A stretch of 64,000 bases of DNA from Chrysomallon squamiferum (GCA_012295275.1 CM022666.1:7626001-7690000); one strand, 5' to 3'; positions 25,620 to 42,746 are shown, counted from the stretch's first letter. The notes: generated by a model from the letters alone, not told the origin. Translations and numbers: made by a program.

Positions 25620-25782
25620 GTAATAGTAATAAAAGATAATAATAATAAATAATAAGAAAATATTTATGATTATTTTGTATTTGCCTGTCTTCCTTTTTTT
25701 GTCAGTCTTTCTTATTTATCTCTTTTATTTTATTCGTCTCTCTTTATTTTTCATTCTTTCTTCTGTCTTCCTTGTCTCTTTC

Positions 25783-25851
<69 letters not shown>

Positions 25852-27089
25852 ACACAGACACACACACACACACACACACACACATAATAATTATATGTAT
25901 TTCTCTTTGGGCTCCTCTCTCCAGATATTTCTTACCGTCTCACTTTCTTTCTCACTTTCTTTCTCATTTAGTTTTTTTTTCTTCTTTTTAACACTTACGC
26001 TCTAACGATCACTTCCAAACTGAAAACAGATGAGCGCACGAAACCAACGTGCTGTACATCAACACGTTCGCACTTGAACTAAAACGACATTTAGCGCTCG
26101 AGAACTCTGCGTGAATGCTAATTGTTACGTCTTCGGCAAAATGGGCCGTTCTCCGGGCAACCTGCACAATGGAATTATCGCTAAAATAAAGCGACAGTAA
26201 TATAGTGTAACGGACAGCCGTTGAAAACAGAATGGAACGTTGCCACCGCGAAGCAGACAGCAGTCACGTCACAAACTGAATTTGTTTGAATTAGAGGAAC
26301 TAACACCGTCACCTTTTCAAAGTTTTAAAATGAATTCTGTCAGATATTTTGTAACAGCAGCAAAATATATGTTTTTAAATGCACCTTCTTACAGAGCCGC
26401 ATTTCGACCCAAGATCCTTTGATTTCATCACCTTTGTGAACACGTTTGGAACGGGAAATAGCTATATAGATCACTGGTGTGAATCTATTAAAGATCTAGC
26501 ACTAAATTGCTGTCTTAAGAGATAATCTATTATAAATTTAGGTGAACGTAACTTTTTGGTATTTACTAATAACAAAATAATTATCCTTGGATTTCTGAAA
26601 AGTTTGTCTAATTAACCATACCTTCTGAGATACTGTTGACTTGTTAGCAAGTTAGTATATCTTCGAATGAGTAGGATCGTGTTCAGGTAAGCTGCTTTTA
26701 TCTACAACTGTAACTGCAACGCTGAAACACTGAGTGCACGAAGTATAGGTGACTTTTTCCATATATATTTTTATTATTATTTATTTATTTGTTTATTTAT
26801 TTACTTATTTTATTTTGTTTTGTTTTGTTTTGTTTTGTTTTATTTTATTTTATTTTGTATTATTATTATTATTATTATTATTTTTTTTTTTTGGCATGAA
26901 CAGGGGGATACTTCTTAACACTGTTTATGTGAAATAACAAGAAGATTGAACAGTGTGTAAAGTCCATGCCACATTTTGTCAATTACAAACTTTCACCATT
27001 ACAAGAAATTTTTCGTCCAGTTTCTTCTGTTTATTAAGTGAACTGTTCGAGCTACAATTAACGTGGGTTTTTTGTTTGTTTGTTTGTTT

Positions 27090-27122
<33 letters not shown>

Positions 27123-27919
27123 TGCTTTTTGTTTATTTGCTTTTTGTTTTGTTGTTGTTGTTTGGGATTTTTTTTTAAGTTCAAAGTTCCTCTTTCACGG
27201 GTTTGATTTCTTAACTTCACCACTTATAAAAGTTATAATAAGGTTTCTAAAACGACAGAAGATTTCTTTGACAGTCACGGTGATGCTTGACAATGCCACT
27301 TACAAAAACGACTAAGGTTTCTCGAACAGTAAGTAATGAATTTAACAGTCACGTGACTTCTTAATTGTTCTTACCGCAGAGAGAGAGAGAAATAAATATC
27401 TGGCCTTAAGTCAAACAGTGATTGAACCGGGCCTCTGACATTTCAGGTCATTTTGTATGGTAACTGTAATTAAAAACTAGAACGAGAACAGTCCACAATT
27501 CCCCGATGAACCTTTATGTGAAAACTGAAGCTGTGTGAAATGGAATCTGTACAAAAATAACGAGCCTTGCCGGAGGCCATAATAACAAGCAGTCGGAGAA
27601 TCCCGAAGATCAGGTATCGGAATAATACGAAGCTTCCGGGCATGGCGTTCGAGTGGCGATGTCGGCGGAAGTAGCGAGAGATGTGCAGCTTCCGGCGGTC
27701 TCCTGCCACAGTTTGATAACACGTTAAACGGTTTGTTAGCCAGGAGTCAGATAAACTGTCAGGATACAACTAACAGCTGATTGAATATGCTTTATTAGAG
27801 GCCGTGCGAAAATTATTTACAATATCTGATTTAATAATGTCTCTCGTCCTTTCTATCTTCCAACTCAGTTTAGCTTTATCTGTATATTTCTTTCTTTCTT
27901 ACTCACCTTCTCTCTTCTC

Positions 27920-28082
<163 letters not shown>

Positions 28083-28347
28083 AACTGACTAAATACGAGT
28101 AAATTAGTGAGATATTCATTACAACGTTTAGAAATATACTTAATCAAACACTTTAGTAATCGAACTAAATAGTCGTTAAGCAGACTAAATGAAGAAGTAG
28201 GGGACACTGATGGATGACAGACAAACTGAAGAATGGCTAAATAACTTAAACTGGAAAAAGACGAATTGAAAAGCAAATTGTTAAACGAAAGTGAAATTTG
28301 CAGACTTTTCTTTGAATAAATAAATAGAGAGAGATAGATAGAGAGAG

Positions 28348-28401
<54 letters not shown>

Positions 28402-28402
28402 G

Positions 28403-28517
<115 letters not shown>

Positions 28518-28565
28518 AGACTCTAACCACATATTTCTTACGTATTTATTTATTTATTTATCTAT

Positions 28566-28600
<35 letters not shown>

Positions 28601-29849
28601 TTTTATTTTATTTGTTATACTGAAACTTACTTCATCATGAAATTTATATCCGCGATATGAATGATATTTCCCCTTTTTTGTCAGAGATTCTACATTTTAC
28701 ATCGCAAGCTAGTTTGTCTAATAACGATCACAGTTATAACAAATTCAGAACGCTCTAGAATTGTGATATCTTCCCAAGCAGATTTGATAATGATTAGTAA
28801 ACTGTTAACCTGATAACAAAACTGTGGTCGGAGATATAATCGGCCTGTTTATTGTGTTTTCCATTCAACCGTGTCTTCATTATCACGAACGTTGTAGACG
28901 GAGCACTTATACGCACTAATTATTATACGTTTTTAACGCCAGCGTACACAATGTTGTTTTCGCCAACATCCATGCAGTTGGCAGCATTAACGACGCAATT
29001 ACACTGGTTCAAGCTAGCAGTAACAGTTATCCTGTCTCCTAAACCTGTTCTGTTTCGTGATTGGCTAATTTCCTGCCGCAGAGTCTCGATATTGCTGTTT
29101 TAATCATACTTCCGGTCAAAGGTCAAATGCATCTCGTGCTGGTGCTGATGATTTGTGTCTTAACGTCTGCGTTTATCTGTCGTTTTGTTTCTTTTTTTTT
29201 TCTCTCTTCGTCTGATTTCTCTTTTTTCTTATTTTTTTTTTTTTCTTTTATGCCCTTCTTTCAGTTAAATGATTAATGGAAAACGGAAGTAACAATATCT
29301 TAATTAAATCCTTTTTGAATCTGAATGGAATAAAACCCCTTTAACGTGATTTCTTAAAATGTAAACATTTTTTTCTTTTATTACTGTTGAATTTTCCATA
29401 CTGAAGATAATAAACACTGTATTTGTCTGATAACTAAACATGCTCTGAACGAAATACAATTTTTTTTTTCAATTCTTCTTCTGTCGTGTCTTAAATTCTT
29501 ATTATATTGAGAAAATATGGCAATATAATTTTTTCATGCGTATATATTTATTAATAAAAGAAACAACAAATAAACAAACAACAAACAATCAAACAAATGA
29601 AAAGAATTAAAAATAAGAAGACGGCAACAAAACAAAAATTAAATGAAATAAAAAAATAAAAACACCCAAACACGAGTTTTTGTGAATGTGTTTAGACGAA
29701 CACTCTGAGGTAGAAGGACCAATACCCTTTAGCCACTGCTCATCTGTTTGATTAAACTCAAGTATTTTCCTTTCCGTTGTAAAAAATGTATTGAAAACAA
29801 CAAAAATCTCTGGCTACACTGGATAAGAATAGCCTTTCATTCATTTCAC

Positions 29850-29938
<89 letters not shown>

Positions 29939-30085
29939 TAATGCCGATGTCACAAAATAAACATTAATAATAACGACTGCTTATTAACATAATTCATAGT
30001 ATTATCGTGATGAAATCATTTAAATAATTTCCTCTAGCCTTTTTATATTTACACTGGAGAGACATATACATTCATATATACTAAA

Positions 30086-30130
<45 letters not shown>

Positions 30131-31879
30131 ATACCCTCACATACATGAATACATTTATAGATACAACCCAGCACAGTAACAAACATACGTAAAATAAATC
30201 ACAAGCTCTCACAAATGAATAAACTGAATCAGACAGATACAATCTACATTACACAGACAAACATACAGACAAATATACAGACATTCAGACTTCTTTAACG
30301 TAAGTCGATTCCAGTTTAATCAACAAAGAGCCAAAAAACAACAACAAAAAACAACAAAAAACCCCACACAGGCTTTTCCGAGGACTCTAAATCATTGCCA
30401 CGTTTCTACTCACCCCCTAAATAAAATTTCAAGGTAGACAACTCTTCTACTCACTCCTCTAAACGATCCATAGCATAGACGACATTTATATTCATGATAC
30501 CGTCCAACCCTGTAAATCAACCCTAAACACAACAGACAACATCTCTATTCATTCCTCCAAAATCAACCCTAAACACAACAGACTTCATCCGTTCCTCTAA
30601 ATCAGACTTCAACGTCGTCAACGTTTATGCTAAACCCTTTAAATCGTGGTCCACGTTTCCACCCACCCCTCCCTCCAGATCGACCGCAACAGCGGCTGTA
30701 AATCACTTCTAAGTAAAAGTCGCGTCCACCACAACGTAAACGGTTTTTCTTTTGTTTTTTTTTCTTCATTTTCTACTTGAAATCTAATTTCAGTGAAAAA
30801 TTACAAGAGTCCTGAAGTTGCGCTCGTTTGTTCTGACTGAAATATTTTTCTTGTTCACTTGTTTAATTGAGTTTTCGCTTTTTGCTTGCAAATAGGAGTT
30901 ATCGTTCATCTTACCCATTCCCGTACAGCTCATTATTTTTCTTGTTTTATTGCCGACAGAAGACGTAACGGTGAAATAGCGATTCCACGCTGACTGTCGG
31001 TTTCTATTCGTTTATTTATTGTATTTTATTTTATTTTATTTTATTTTATTTTATTTTATTTTATTTTATTTTATTTCGTTTTAATTTTATTTATTTATTC
31101 CGTTTTAATTTTATTTATTTTAAATTAGTTATTTTATTTTCTTTACTTTTATTTTCCTTTTTTTTTTTTTTTTTTCTCTCTTTTCTCTTCTTTTTTTTTT
31201 TTTTTTTTTTTTTTTGAATTTTATTTCGTTTAATTTTATTGATTTATTCCGTTTTAATTTAATTTAATTTATTTTAAATTAGTTATTTTATTTTCTTCAC
31301 TTTTATTTTGCTCTTTTTTTTTTTTCTTTTCTTTTTTTCTTTAGATTTATTATTTTTATTAATATTATTAATATTACTTAATCCATCATTCGTACGCAAT
31401 AAACTGGATATTTAAATTCATTTTATTTTTTTATTTTTTATTATTATTAAATTTTTTAATGATTCGGAAAGATTCGTGACTTTTCGTAACTCAGTTTCCG
31501 CTAGTTTCCGACAGGACGGAATCGGTCGTTATGGGAGTGACATCTGCTGTATTACTTCTAGAATAAACTCGAAGCTTTGCCGTGTGTTAACTGGTGCATA
31601 TGATGCAATATTTGCCGAAGATAATGAATGTTGCGAAAATTTATTTGAGTTTTATTTTCGCAGTAGATGAGAGTAATTTCTTTTCGAAACAACGCTGACG
31701 AGTGGATGGTAATGACTCGCAGAAAACAAATAAAAATGAAAAAAGAAAATAATAATAATAAGGAAAATAAGAAATAAATGAGAAAAAAAATGAAGAATAG
31801 GAAAAGTAATTTGACAGGAAATTGAGTTTATGTGTGTAAATTCACATGGAAACTTTGCATATGAATCTTGGAGACTATA

Positions 31880-31922
<43 letters not shown>

Positions 31923-34574
31923 GTTTATATACATGGGAACTAAATAATTAAGCATTTTTATTCTAAATAACGGCAATTTATGATGACATGAAATTATAGC
32001 TGTTTGGGACGGAACTATTTCTACATTGATTAATTACTTTTTATATATTATTCAAAGATACATTTTTAGATCTAAAAAGATCATTTTAGAAAGTAATAAA
32101 CTGTTGTTACTGAAGAACTAAAAGCATTTTGTTTTGTTGTTTAGAGAAAACAGTATCGATCTACTGCTCTCTAGAGTGGTTACTTGAGAAATAAAGCAGT
32201 TCATTTCTTTCAGTTTTTATATTATTTAGGATTACAAAATAAAAGAAATAACCGATTACTGTTTTAAGACATCAGCTTTATCCTGCGCAGGTCGAATGGC
32301 GAACGCAGCTCTGGAGAGCCTCACAGAAGTTTAGCCATTCCTACCTTCTCTTATTGTTATTACTACTACGATTATTATTATTATTATTATTTTGCTGTAG
32401 CTGTTATTATTGTTGTTGCTGCTGATGTTGTTGCTGCTGCTGTTGCTGTTGTTGTTATTATTATTATTGTTGTTACTGAAGATAAAAAAAATGCTATTAT
32501 AAGTGATTAATAACCTTGAACAAAAACTAAAACGAGAACAGTAATAACAATAAAATCTGCAGACATAAAATAATGATGACATAAAGCAGTTGCTGTCACA
32601 AGAACATATTTAAATACACAAAAACATTTTATTGCATTTTTATATACCCATCCTACAGAGTGCCTCATAAAAATACAATTACATAACATATGACGTGAGG
32701 TATTCCTTGACGTCATTATTCCAGAACATTCTAGCTAGATCAAAGGATTTGCAAATACTGTTATTATTTTGGAACTCAGTTGTAACGTACAGAAATAGCG
32801 ATACGACAGTTTAATGTTTAGAATTTATTACAGCAGAGAGATCTGATGTTTTTTGTATACTCATAACTTAAAACGGATGTCAATACTTGCATGTTCTCAC
32901 TCTGACTTATGGGATCGATTTTCGACAGGGCATCTGTCGGATTATTTTCCATTCTAATTAATTCTCTACATCTATTCTAGCAAACATCGGGCTGTTTTCC
33001 ACTGCAGTCAATACTCTAGATCCGATTTATTAAATTATTCAGGATTTAATTTAATTATCGAATTATTGTATCTGCTGTTTATGGGAAGGCTCATATAACA
33101 GAGTCGTGGTTACTAACCGGTGATATACACCTTGAATCGTTTAGCCAAGTAAAATTTATTGAAGCCTAAACTTTAATAACCTTTTGTTTTGTTTCTTGTC
33201 GCCATAATCAACACGACGAAATGTTTAGTTCGAACAATGAAATAATATTTATTATTGATTTCTAAGAATAATTAGGTTCACAATGAAATTAATTAAATTT
33301 CTTTTCTCTGCGCCTTTGTCTGTGTGTGTTCTATCTATTTTTTTTTTTTTTTTTTAACCCGTCGCCACTTAGGTAGTTACCAATAACATTAATTACAAAT
33401 ATTAATCCAATTCTGCACGGAATTCTGACACCACAACAATATCGTCGAAAAGAAAACAATTATTTTGGTGAAGGCAAGCCGTTGTCGTTGCTAACAACGT
33501 CAATAACAGATAATTCAGTTCTTGTAAGAATCATAACGTTATATCAATCATCGAAATCAAACAATATAGGCGATGAGGGCAACTACGAGAACAATAAAAA
33601 AATATAAAAAATAACTCAAAACATTAAATGAACATTTATAGTCGGAATGATAACGCATTCGGAGTCTTTAACGTAAAAAATAATAAAAAAATAATAAAAA
33701 AAAAAAAAAATAAAAATAAAACAATTTCATGGAAGAAGCATTGATTAAATAATGTTTATTGTTTTCAAATGAAACATATTTGTTTTCTCTTTAATTCCAT
33801 TTCATTGTTTTTTCTTTTTTTCATCACAGTCCAGTATTTCATTTTTGGTTATCACGGAGAATATAGCATTTTTATTTTCTCTGTCTGTCTGTCTATTTCT
33901 TTCTCTCTGCCAGTCTCTCTCTACAAACATGTATATTTATTATTATAATTCCATAAATAACTGCTTAAACCGTTAATAACAATGCTTAAACCGTTAATAA
34001 AAAGAAAAGAAAAAAAAAGAGGAAACAATTAAACCGTTAATAACAATTACTTGTATTTATTTATTTATTATCACCATTAATATGCATTATTATTGTTGTT
34101 GTTGTTGTTGTTGCTGTAGTTGTTGTAATGTTGATATCAAGTTAACAGTTACAATAATTTAAAATATATTATAAATTGCAAACTATTATCTGAAACTAGT
34201 TCTCAGTTAACTTTTTCTATTATTTTTTTTATTATTATTTATATATATATATATATTCGCTAATAATGATAATGGAACAAATATCAGTAACAGGATCTTG
34301 TCATTCAGTAAAATCTGATTATATTTTTAACTGGAGATTCCTTCTCAGGTTCCTAATCAGACTAAAGCGATTTTTGTGGTTGTTGTTGTTGTTATTAAAC
34401 CAGAGAATAACTAATAACAATTAAGAAAAAATAAATAAATAAAAGCCTTCTCGTTATTCAAGCTATAATTACAAATCCATACCAGTTGAAGCAACAAGAC
34501 ACGTTAGCTGAAAATTAATTGATATTCTATTGTAACAAATAAAAAATTCAGAAACAACCAGATAATAATAAAAT

Positions 34575-34609
<35 letters not shown>

Positions 34610-35177
34610 GTTATTGAAAATGAAAACAAAAATTCAAGAACCAAAGCCACCGTTACTGGTGTAAGTCAAAGCAATTACGTAGTCCAAAACAAAAAAAAAA
34701 AAAAAAACGGATTTCTTTTATTATTATTATTATTTTTTTTGGTAATGGGGATGGTGTTTTTTGTTTTTTTTTAATGAATAAAGCGTAGGAATCATTAATC
34801 AGTAACGTAAATAGAAAACTTGATTTGTAGATTTCTAACATTTTATCAAGTACATATACATACCACAGATACACACATTCATATATATATATATATATAC
34901 ACATATTTATATTATTTTGATGGAATCTAATTAAGGTTAATGGCAAATTCACTTACACTGCTTGAGTTATGGAAACCATTTGTTTTCTTTCTTTCTATGA
35001 CACGACCTACACATTTACCAATACTGTTAATGGAAACTGTAACACGTGATCTGTAACCGCCGTGGCGATCACGAAATGAAACATCCGTGTTTCACTGCAC
35101 AAATACATTACTCTGATAGACTCCTGAACCTGTACTTACAAAAAGTTCACGTAGAACATAAAAGTTATTATCTTTAC

Positions 35178-35274
<97 letters not shown>

Positions 35275-35649
35275 AACGTTCATGGCATCATCATCTAGGG
35301 ACAACTGTTGTCATTCTAATGTAAAACTTTATAATTATGATTCGCTTTATTTTAGCTAAGTGCCATAATTTGTTCATCAGAGGATACAGTATGTAACTTC
35401 CCAATCCGTGGGAAGGTGCACAAAAAGAACACTTGCAGCTACTGTCATGGCGGAGATTTTCTATACTGTCCTTAGCTTTTTGTACGGTGCCATTAAAAAT
35501 ACGTTACTGAATAAAACAGACAGACAGATACATGTGTGACGTCAAAATGGACAAACAAATCTTGTATGATTTATTTATTTATGTATTTATTTATTTATCA
35601 TTTATTTATTTTTATTTATTTTGTTTGTTTTTGTTTTTTTTTTATTTTA

Positions 35650-35698
<49 letters not shown>

Positions 35699-36740
35699 GA
35701 ATTAACCAGATTTTGTGGTTTTTATCATGCATAAACCTTATAAAAACAAGCAGGCAATTACATTTTTATAAGATCATTTTCATCAAATTTATCGAATTTT
35801 TATTTCTATTTTTATTTTTATTTTTATTTTTTGATAGTTCTAGATGGATTTGACAACCGGAATCATTTTAGAGGAAAATTAGTTCCACCGCACTTTCGTT
35901 AGGAGGAGAATAAAACGGAATATTCTAAATGGCCGCCAAAGCGTTAACAAAAAGTTATATTTCTGGCGCCATCTGAAGTGACAGGGGAGATGGTGCTGTT
36001 TTCAACTAATCCTGGTATTACAAGCCCACTGAAACGGTGTTGTAACATTCCTCAGGTCACACCAACATTCACATCCACAAAAGAACTAATTTCTTTAAAA
36101 AGGTTCCAGTTGTCAAACTGGTGATGAGAAAAAGTAGGGAAAAGGTTACATATTGCAGGATAATTATGTTGTTATGGTAGGATATGAAATTATGTAAGAT
36201 ACATATCAGCAAAATATTATATAAAATAATAATAACAATAATAACATAAGCACATATATATCATGCATATATATATATATATACATATCATTCATTTACT
36301 AGATACCTGCATACATACATACATACATATACATACTCATACTGATACAGATGGTCAGGTGAGAAAGAAAGAATAAAAGAAAAAGAAAGATGGATAAACA
36401 CAGGGAAGGATAGAGATGATGTTGTGAATAAATAAAATGTTTAATAAATAACAGCTGTAGAAACAAATTTTTAAATATGGACTGACAAACAAATGGATGA
36501 ACAGATTTATAAACGAATGAAAAGAAATGATTTGCTGACAGTAGACAATCATTAAAAAATCCATTTTCAGTTATCTATACAGACACACATACACCCAGAC
36601 ACGCATATTTAAACATACATACCCAGTGTCAAACATATAACAGCATGAAACAAAATGAATTAAAAGAAGTTCCTAACGAAAATTAAAATGAGAGAGAAAG
36701 AGAAAAAAAATATAGAAATGAAAACTAAAGAGAAAGGAAG

Positions 36741-36796
<56 letters not shown>

Positions 36797-38732
36797 AAAA
36801 AAAAATTATGAACTGAAAAATAAAATTAGTAACAGAAAAACTGACGGTTACGACGACGACACGATGATGAGGATAATGATGATACAGTAAAGCAATCACA
36901 GCAAATCAGAGTCACGAATGTCGGTGTCTGTTTGTGTAATGTAATAAACCCGGCACGCAATTATGTCCCTTGTCCGAGACTACGACAATACCTCTGTCGC
37001 GTGCAGTTCTCTGTCACGTCACATAGACTTCCGGCTCGACATTTAAATAGCAAACACGCAGTGGGAGGCAAAACAATTATCTTTAAACGCTGTTCTGTTT
37101 AATAACGTTACCCACTGTAATGAGTTATTCTGTCAAATATCATTATACCCTTGTTTTTCGATGGTCAGTTTAATAATACATAATATACAATGCTCCTAAT
37201 AAAGCTGCTATTCCGTCTAATAGCAATAGGCCCATCAAATCAAATCAACATGCGCTATTATAGGCTATTCCGTCTAACAACATTACGCCCCTGGCATAGA
37301 TTTTTCCATCTAAAAATGTCACACCCTACCCCATTTCTAAGTATTCCTAAGTCCTATCTTCTGGCTTTGCGAGAACTGTTTGATTTAGTTTTTTACCATT
37401 TTGTTTAAATAAAAACATACGCCTAGGGTTAGAAGAGTTTGAATATTGTTATATGCTCCAATGATGCGATTCGCAGTAATATTCTGTTCCGAGTAGTTTG
37501 CTTATACATTTGGTTATCTATAGATAAGATACATGCAGAGAGATAAGACTTATTTATTTACTTATTTATTTATTTTCATACTCATTTTTGAAGAATTATT
37601 TATTTACTCATACACAAGAAATTTTGCTAACTACATTTTCATGCAAATATAGCGCTCAGCTTAATTTGTCCTTTTTAAATAAACATCATCTTTACAACTC
37701 TCTCATGTATACAGCTGCATATTTTCACTTATCTGCAAAAAAAGATAGCATACATCATTTAATGCAAATAGGATAAATATTTATTGAGTTCATTTTTGTT
37801 CCGCTTGCAGATTCACAAATTAAGTAAACAATTTCCAGAATTTTTTTTTTTTTTTTGTCTGGCGCATCAATTTCCTGAAGGAAGTTAAAAGGCATCTATC
37901 TTGCACTTAAGACACTGCTGTTCCCGTCGGTATTTCCGCCTGAATATCCGAACTATTTTACATAATTAGACAGAAACCAGTACATGTTTGAAAGCTTCGA
38001 GCAAAACAACGCTATTACTTCTGTCCACATTTGCATTATATATATCTACAGACCAACTGGGAATATCTTTCTCTGCATTATCTAAATGATGCTGTTTTTC
38101 TTCTTCTTCTTTTGTTTCTTTTTTATATGTCTGTTTGTTGGATGATTATTTTTGCTGCACAAAATATTTTGTGAATTGGTCACAAGGGAGAAATAAAAAA
38201 AATAACAAAAACAATAAAAAGATTTTTAAAAAAAAAAAAAAAAAAAAAAGAAAGAAAACAAACGCATTAATATAAAATAATGAACTGATAAAGAAGTATA
38301 GGGGCTGACATTTTTTTCTCTGTATTGTGACGTCACATCGAACAAAATTAAAATGATCGTGAATTATCGAGTAACTGACGCAATGTGAGGTTGTGTTGTA
38401 CTTTCTTTTTAACATTTCTCCTTACGAAATGACGTCATATGATTAGGGAAATGATTACTTCTTAATAATCTTGTTATTTTGTTTTAACTTTCTTGTATAA
38501 AATGTTTAACTTTTCAAATTCTGCAATACGTAACATACTTTAATAATTCCGTTATTAGTGATGCTTTCAAATTTTAAAATAACTCAATGTCGATTATATC
38601 GATACAGTTTTTACAGGAATTACAAATGTTTTTTCTTCATTTGCAAACTAATAATTTCTAAACTGGAAAAAAATGGTATGTGTTTCGGTCGAAATCTGGA
38701 TGATTTCAGATTAAAAAAAATCATATAAAATA

Positions 38733-38819
<87 letters not shown>

Positions 38820-38919
38820 GTCGGAGCAAGTTCCTTTGATAATTAATCAGAATACACCTTCTGTTATATTAATCAAGGAAAAAGAAAAGAATGAGCGAGT
38901 TTAATGCATTTATCCATAT

Positions 38920-40062
38920 AATTCAATTTAACAGGAACGTTTCTTTAATTCATTTAGTTTCAAAATTAATTCATCAGTAACCTGCCTCTTTAATACGATT
39001 ATTTTTTTTTTAATTAATTTAACCGGAATATGCACCTTTAATAGAATTACTTTTAAAATTAATTTAACAGGGATATGATTTTTTTTTATTTTTTTAATAC
39101 AATTACTTTGAAAATTACCAGGAATATGCGCCTATAATACACTTACTTTAAAAATTAATTTAACAGGAAGATGCGCCTTTAACACACTTACTCTCAAAAT
39201 AAAAATCGGATGGTATGACTTTAAAGCCGTTGAAATTCATTTTACTATCCTGTTCCTATCATCTGTGTGTTTATTACTGGCCCGTCGGCCATTTTCGTTA
39301 GTGATTTCTTTCACGTTTCGTTATGTCGTATTTTTAACAGTCTTTGAAGTTCCCTCAGAGTCTGACGATATGAAAAAACCAATTTCTGACATCAAAACCA
39401 GCCGACTTCGACAACCACTTCTCAAATTAGAAGGACGAATTAGTTAGTATTTCTTCAATAAAAAAAAAATATATATAAAAATAATTTTAAAAAGTCACCA
39501 TACTTTTGAAATCCTTTGATATTTTTTATTTTGAATAAAGATTGATAGTATGTTTGTAACTGTAATTCTGTAAGGAATCATACTCATTGTAGATAGTAAA
39601 AGTGGAGGTAGTAGTTGAATTAGTAACAATATTACTAGTAGTAGATGTAGTAAAAGTGGTAGTGGTAGGAGTAGAACTGTAGAACAGTAGGGCAGTGTAA
39701 CAATAGTAGTAGCAGTAGTAGACATAGTAGAAGCAGTTGTAGTAGTAGTGTTAGTAGTAGTAATAGCAGTAGTAATAGTATTAGTGGTAGAAGAAGGAAT
39801 AGTAGAAACAATATTAAAACTAGTATGACTACTAGTAATAAAAAGCTGTAGAAATAGCAAGCAGTAACAACATAGCAGTACTAGTTGTTGTTGTAGTAGA
39901 AGTAGTAGTAGTGGTGGAAGTAATGATAATGCAACAGGAAGATGCGCCTTTAAAATATTACTCTCAAACTGAAAATCGGATTGTATGACTTTAAAGCCGT
40001 TGAAATCCATTTTACTATTCTGCTCGAATCATTTGTGTTTAATACAGGCCCGTCGGCCATTT
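38920..40062. repeat. Degenerate array of about 45-bp units (38920-39200) plus a 130-bp duplication (39162-39294 and 39933-40062)
   Basis: AATTAATTTAACAGGAA units; both 130-bp copies share GTATGACTTTAAAGCCGTTGAAAT and GGCCCGTCGGCCATTT. Confidence 0.8.
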
Positions 40063-40853
40063 ATCAATATAATGTCAGAAAGATATGTTAAATCTTGTTT
40101 TTATTATAAATATCATGAACATACAGACAAAAAATAAAATAATAAAGGAAAACAAAATTAACAACAAAAGTAAAATAAACCAAAAAAAAAAAAAAAAAAA
40201 TAAAAAAAAAAAAAAAAAAAATGAAGAAAAAAAAAAGACGACGACGAAGAAAAATATAGGAAGAAGACAAAAAACCAAAAACCAAAAAAAATCATCCACG
40301 TGTTTGGATTGTTACGTGGTATTTTTATCTTATTCTCACTAACTCTCCGAAATCTTTCCAGTCTTTCCGTGCGTCCGTCAATATCTTAAAACTACTTAAT
40401 TTAATTCACACACTGGCAGTAATGCTCATTGAATCATGATTTTTTTTCACATCATTAAAAATAAATAATTTACTTTTTCAATGAGAACTGGTGTTTTGTG
40501 GGTTTTTTTTTTTTTTTTTTTTTTCTTTCCACAACATCCACCACGTCCGTCTTTCATCAGCAGCATCGTGGTTTTAACGACTTCGGCGCTGGCAACGTTT
40601 GGCAAACGAACCCGGTGGCTTGTGAAAGAGGCAGCTGTCAACACAACGGCGAGAGTCACGTTGTAACTCGCTGGATCTAACAAGCACCCTTTATACACTT
40701 CCCTGCCATTCAGCACAAAGTAATTGCATTTCCAAATGAAGAAACTCAATTATTTCAACGCTCGGCCATTGCCGGAACTGGACTAAAAGCACCGGTATTT
40801 ATTATTGCTCCGCTTAAGCCGATGTCCAGATTTTGGATAGTTATATAAATGAG

Positions 40854-40951
<98 letters not shown>

Positions 40952-41228
40952 CAATCAGACAGACAGGTAAATTATCAGACAGACAGACAGAAATTATATT
41001 ACAGCAAGAACCGTTTGAAAGAAGTCGTTGAGAGAGGATATGAAAGAGAGAAAATGTTAAACTAAAAAGGTAATTTAGGACAGACAGATAGAATTATAAA
41101 CCCACTGTTTGAGAGAAGTGGGTAAGAAGGAAAAAGAAAGAGATAAAGAAACAAAAATAAGAAAAATACAAACAAAATGCAGAAAAATTGGACAGAAATA
41201 AAAAGAAAGAAGTAAAAAACAAATCTTG

Positions 41229-41323
<95 letters not shown>

Positions 41324-42032
41324 AGAAGAAGAAGAAGAAAAAAGACAGGCTGAAAATAAATTCAACTGATTTGTCCAATATGAGCTCTCAATTACAGTCG
41401 AAGTCTGATGAACGAGATTTAAGCGGGTCGAATTTCTACTTGAAGGGTCTCGCATTGCTTTCATTCTACCTCACTCAAACTTGTAAATCATTTAGCCCAA
41501 ACTAAATTGAGTTGGAATGGGAACGGAAGTGTGCAATATGCATAGAATTTAGATTTTTTTTTTTCTTCCGCAACATTGATTACAGAGTTTCGACTACGCG
41601 GCCGAGTGGGAGATGAATGTCGATGTTTACGATGCTGATGGTGGCGTTGTAGTGTTGATGACATCGACTATGGTGTAGGCTGGAGTGGTGACGACTTCGA
41701 TGATGTTGTGCTGTCGCAAGTGAATCAATTTAAAGTTTACTATCTCAAACAGAGCGAAGAGAATAAGCTAAAATATAGTTAGATTATTTTGTTACTAGAC
41801 ACTTTGCTAATAATAAAGTTTAATGATATAATAAATCTTCGTGAATACGGCTATTGTTTCTTCTTGTTTCTAACAACAATAAAAATAAAAATAATTATAG
41901 CAATAACAAATGACAATAATAACAGCAGCAGCAGCAACAACAACAAATAGAGGTACAACAATAATAATAGTAATATTAATTGTAAATATAACAAGAACAA
42001 AAACAACAACATCAACAACAATAATAATACTT

Positions 42033-42071
<39 letters not shown>

Positions 42072-42710
42072 ATAATAATAATAATAATAATAATGATATT
42101 AGTAACAATAAATTATGGAATTATTAAACAAAGCAAAAAAAAAAAGAAAAAAAAAAAAAAAAAAAAGAAAAAAGAAAAAGAAAAGAAAAGAAAACAGAAA
42201 TCGAAAAATATTGAGAATAAAAACATCAAGCCGGTAGCACCGCCATCAGCAACAAGAGTTTCGATTGTATCTGTCAGTTCTGAACACACTTGTTTTGTGT
42301 TCACGTTAGAATCAGCCCACTTCTTGGTTTCACCGCTTGTCCTTAGGTCACTTACTCAAGAACACACTTCTGTTTCCGAAGCATTCTCCCGTTAGCTTTG
42401 ATAACGTCAAATAAGATGGCTCCAGACTGAAGAACTTACGTCATATCGTGTAACGAAGCAACCAATACTGTGAAGTCATAATGTTTGCGTGCGTAATTAG
42501 CCGAAGTTCAAATGTTTACGTGGTTAATGAAAAATCCGTATCATAATGTTTGTCTTTGGTAAGTTTTGAATTGAGAATGATGTCTCGTGTTATTTATCCT
42601 CAAGAAAGATTTTTATTCAGAAATAATAACAATAGGAAATAATACATGTATTTTATTATTTTTCCTATTGTTATTATTTAAAAAATTCAACAAAAACAAT
42701 GTGGTGATAA

Positions 42711-42746
<36 letters not shown>

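Noticed and set aside
35360-35520. Segment reminiscent of a molluscan SINE body ending in a (CAGA)n tail
   Set aside because: Only a vague recalled similarity; no Pol III boxes or TSD identified.
40498-40680. Protein-looking short ORF (..HRGFNDFGAGNVWQTNPVACERG..)
   Set aside because: No AG acceptor directly after the poly-T tract, no recognisable motif and no partner exons.
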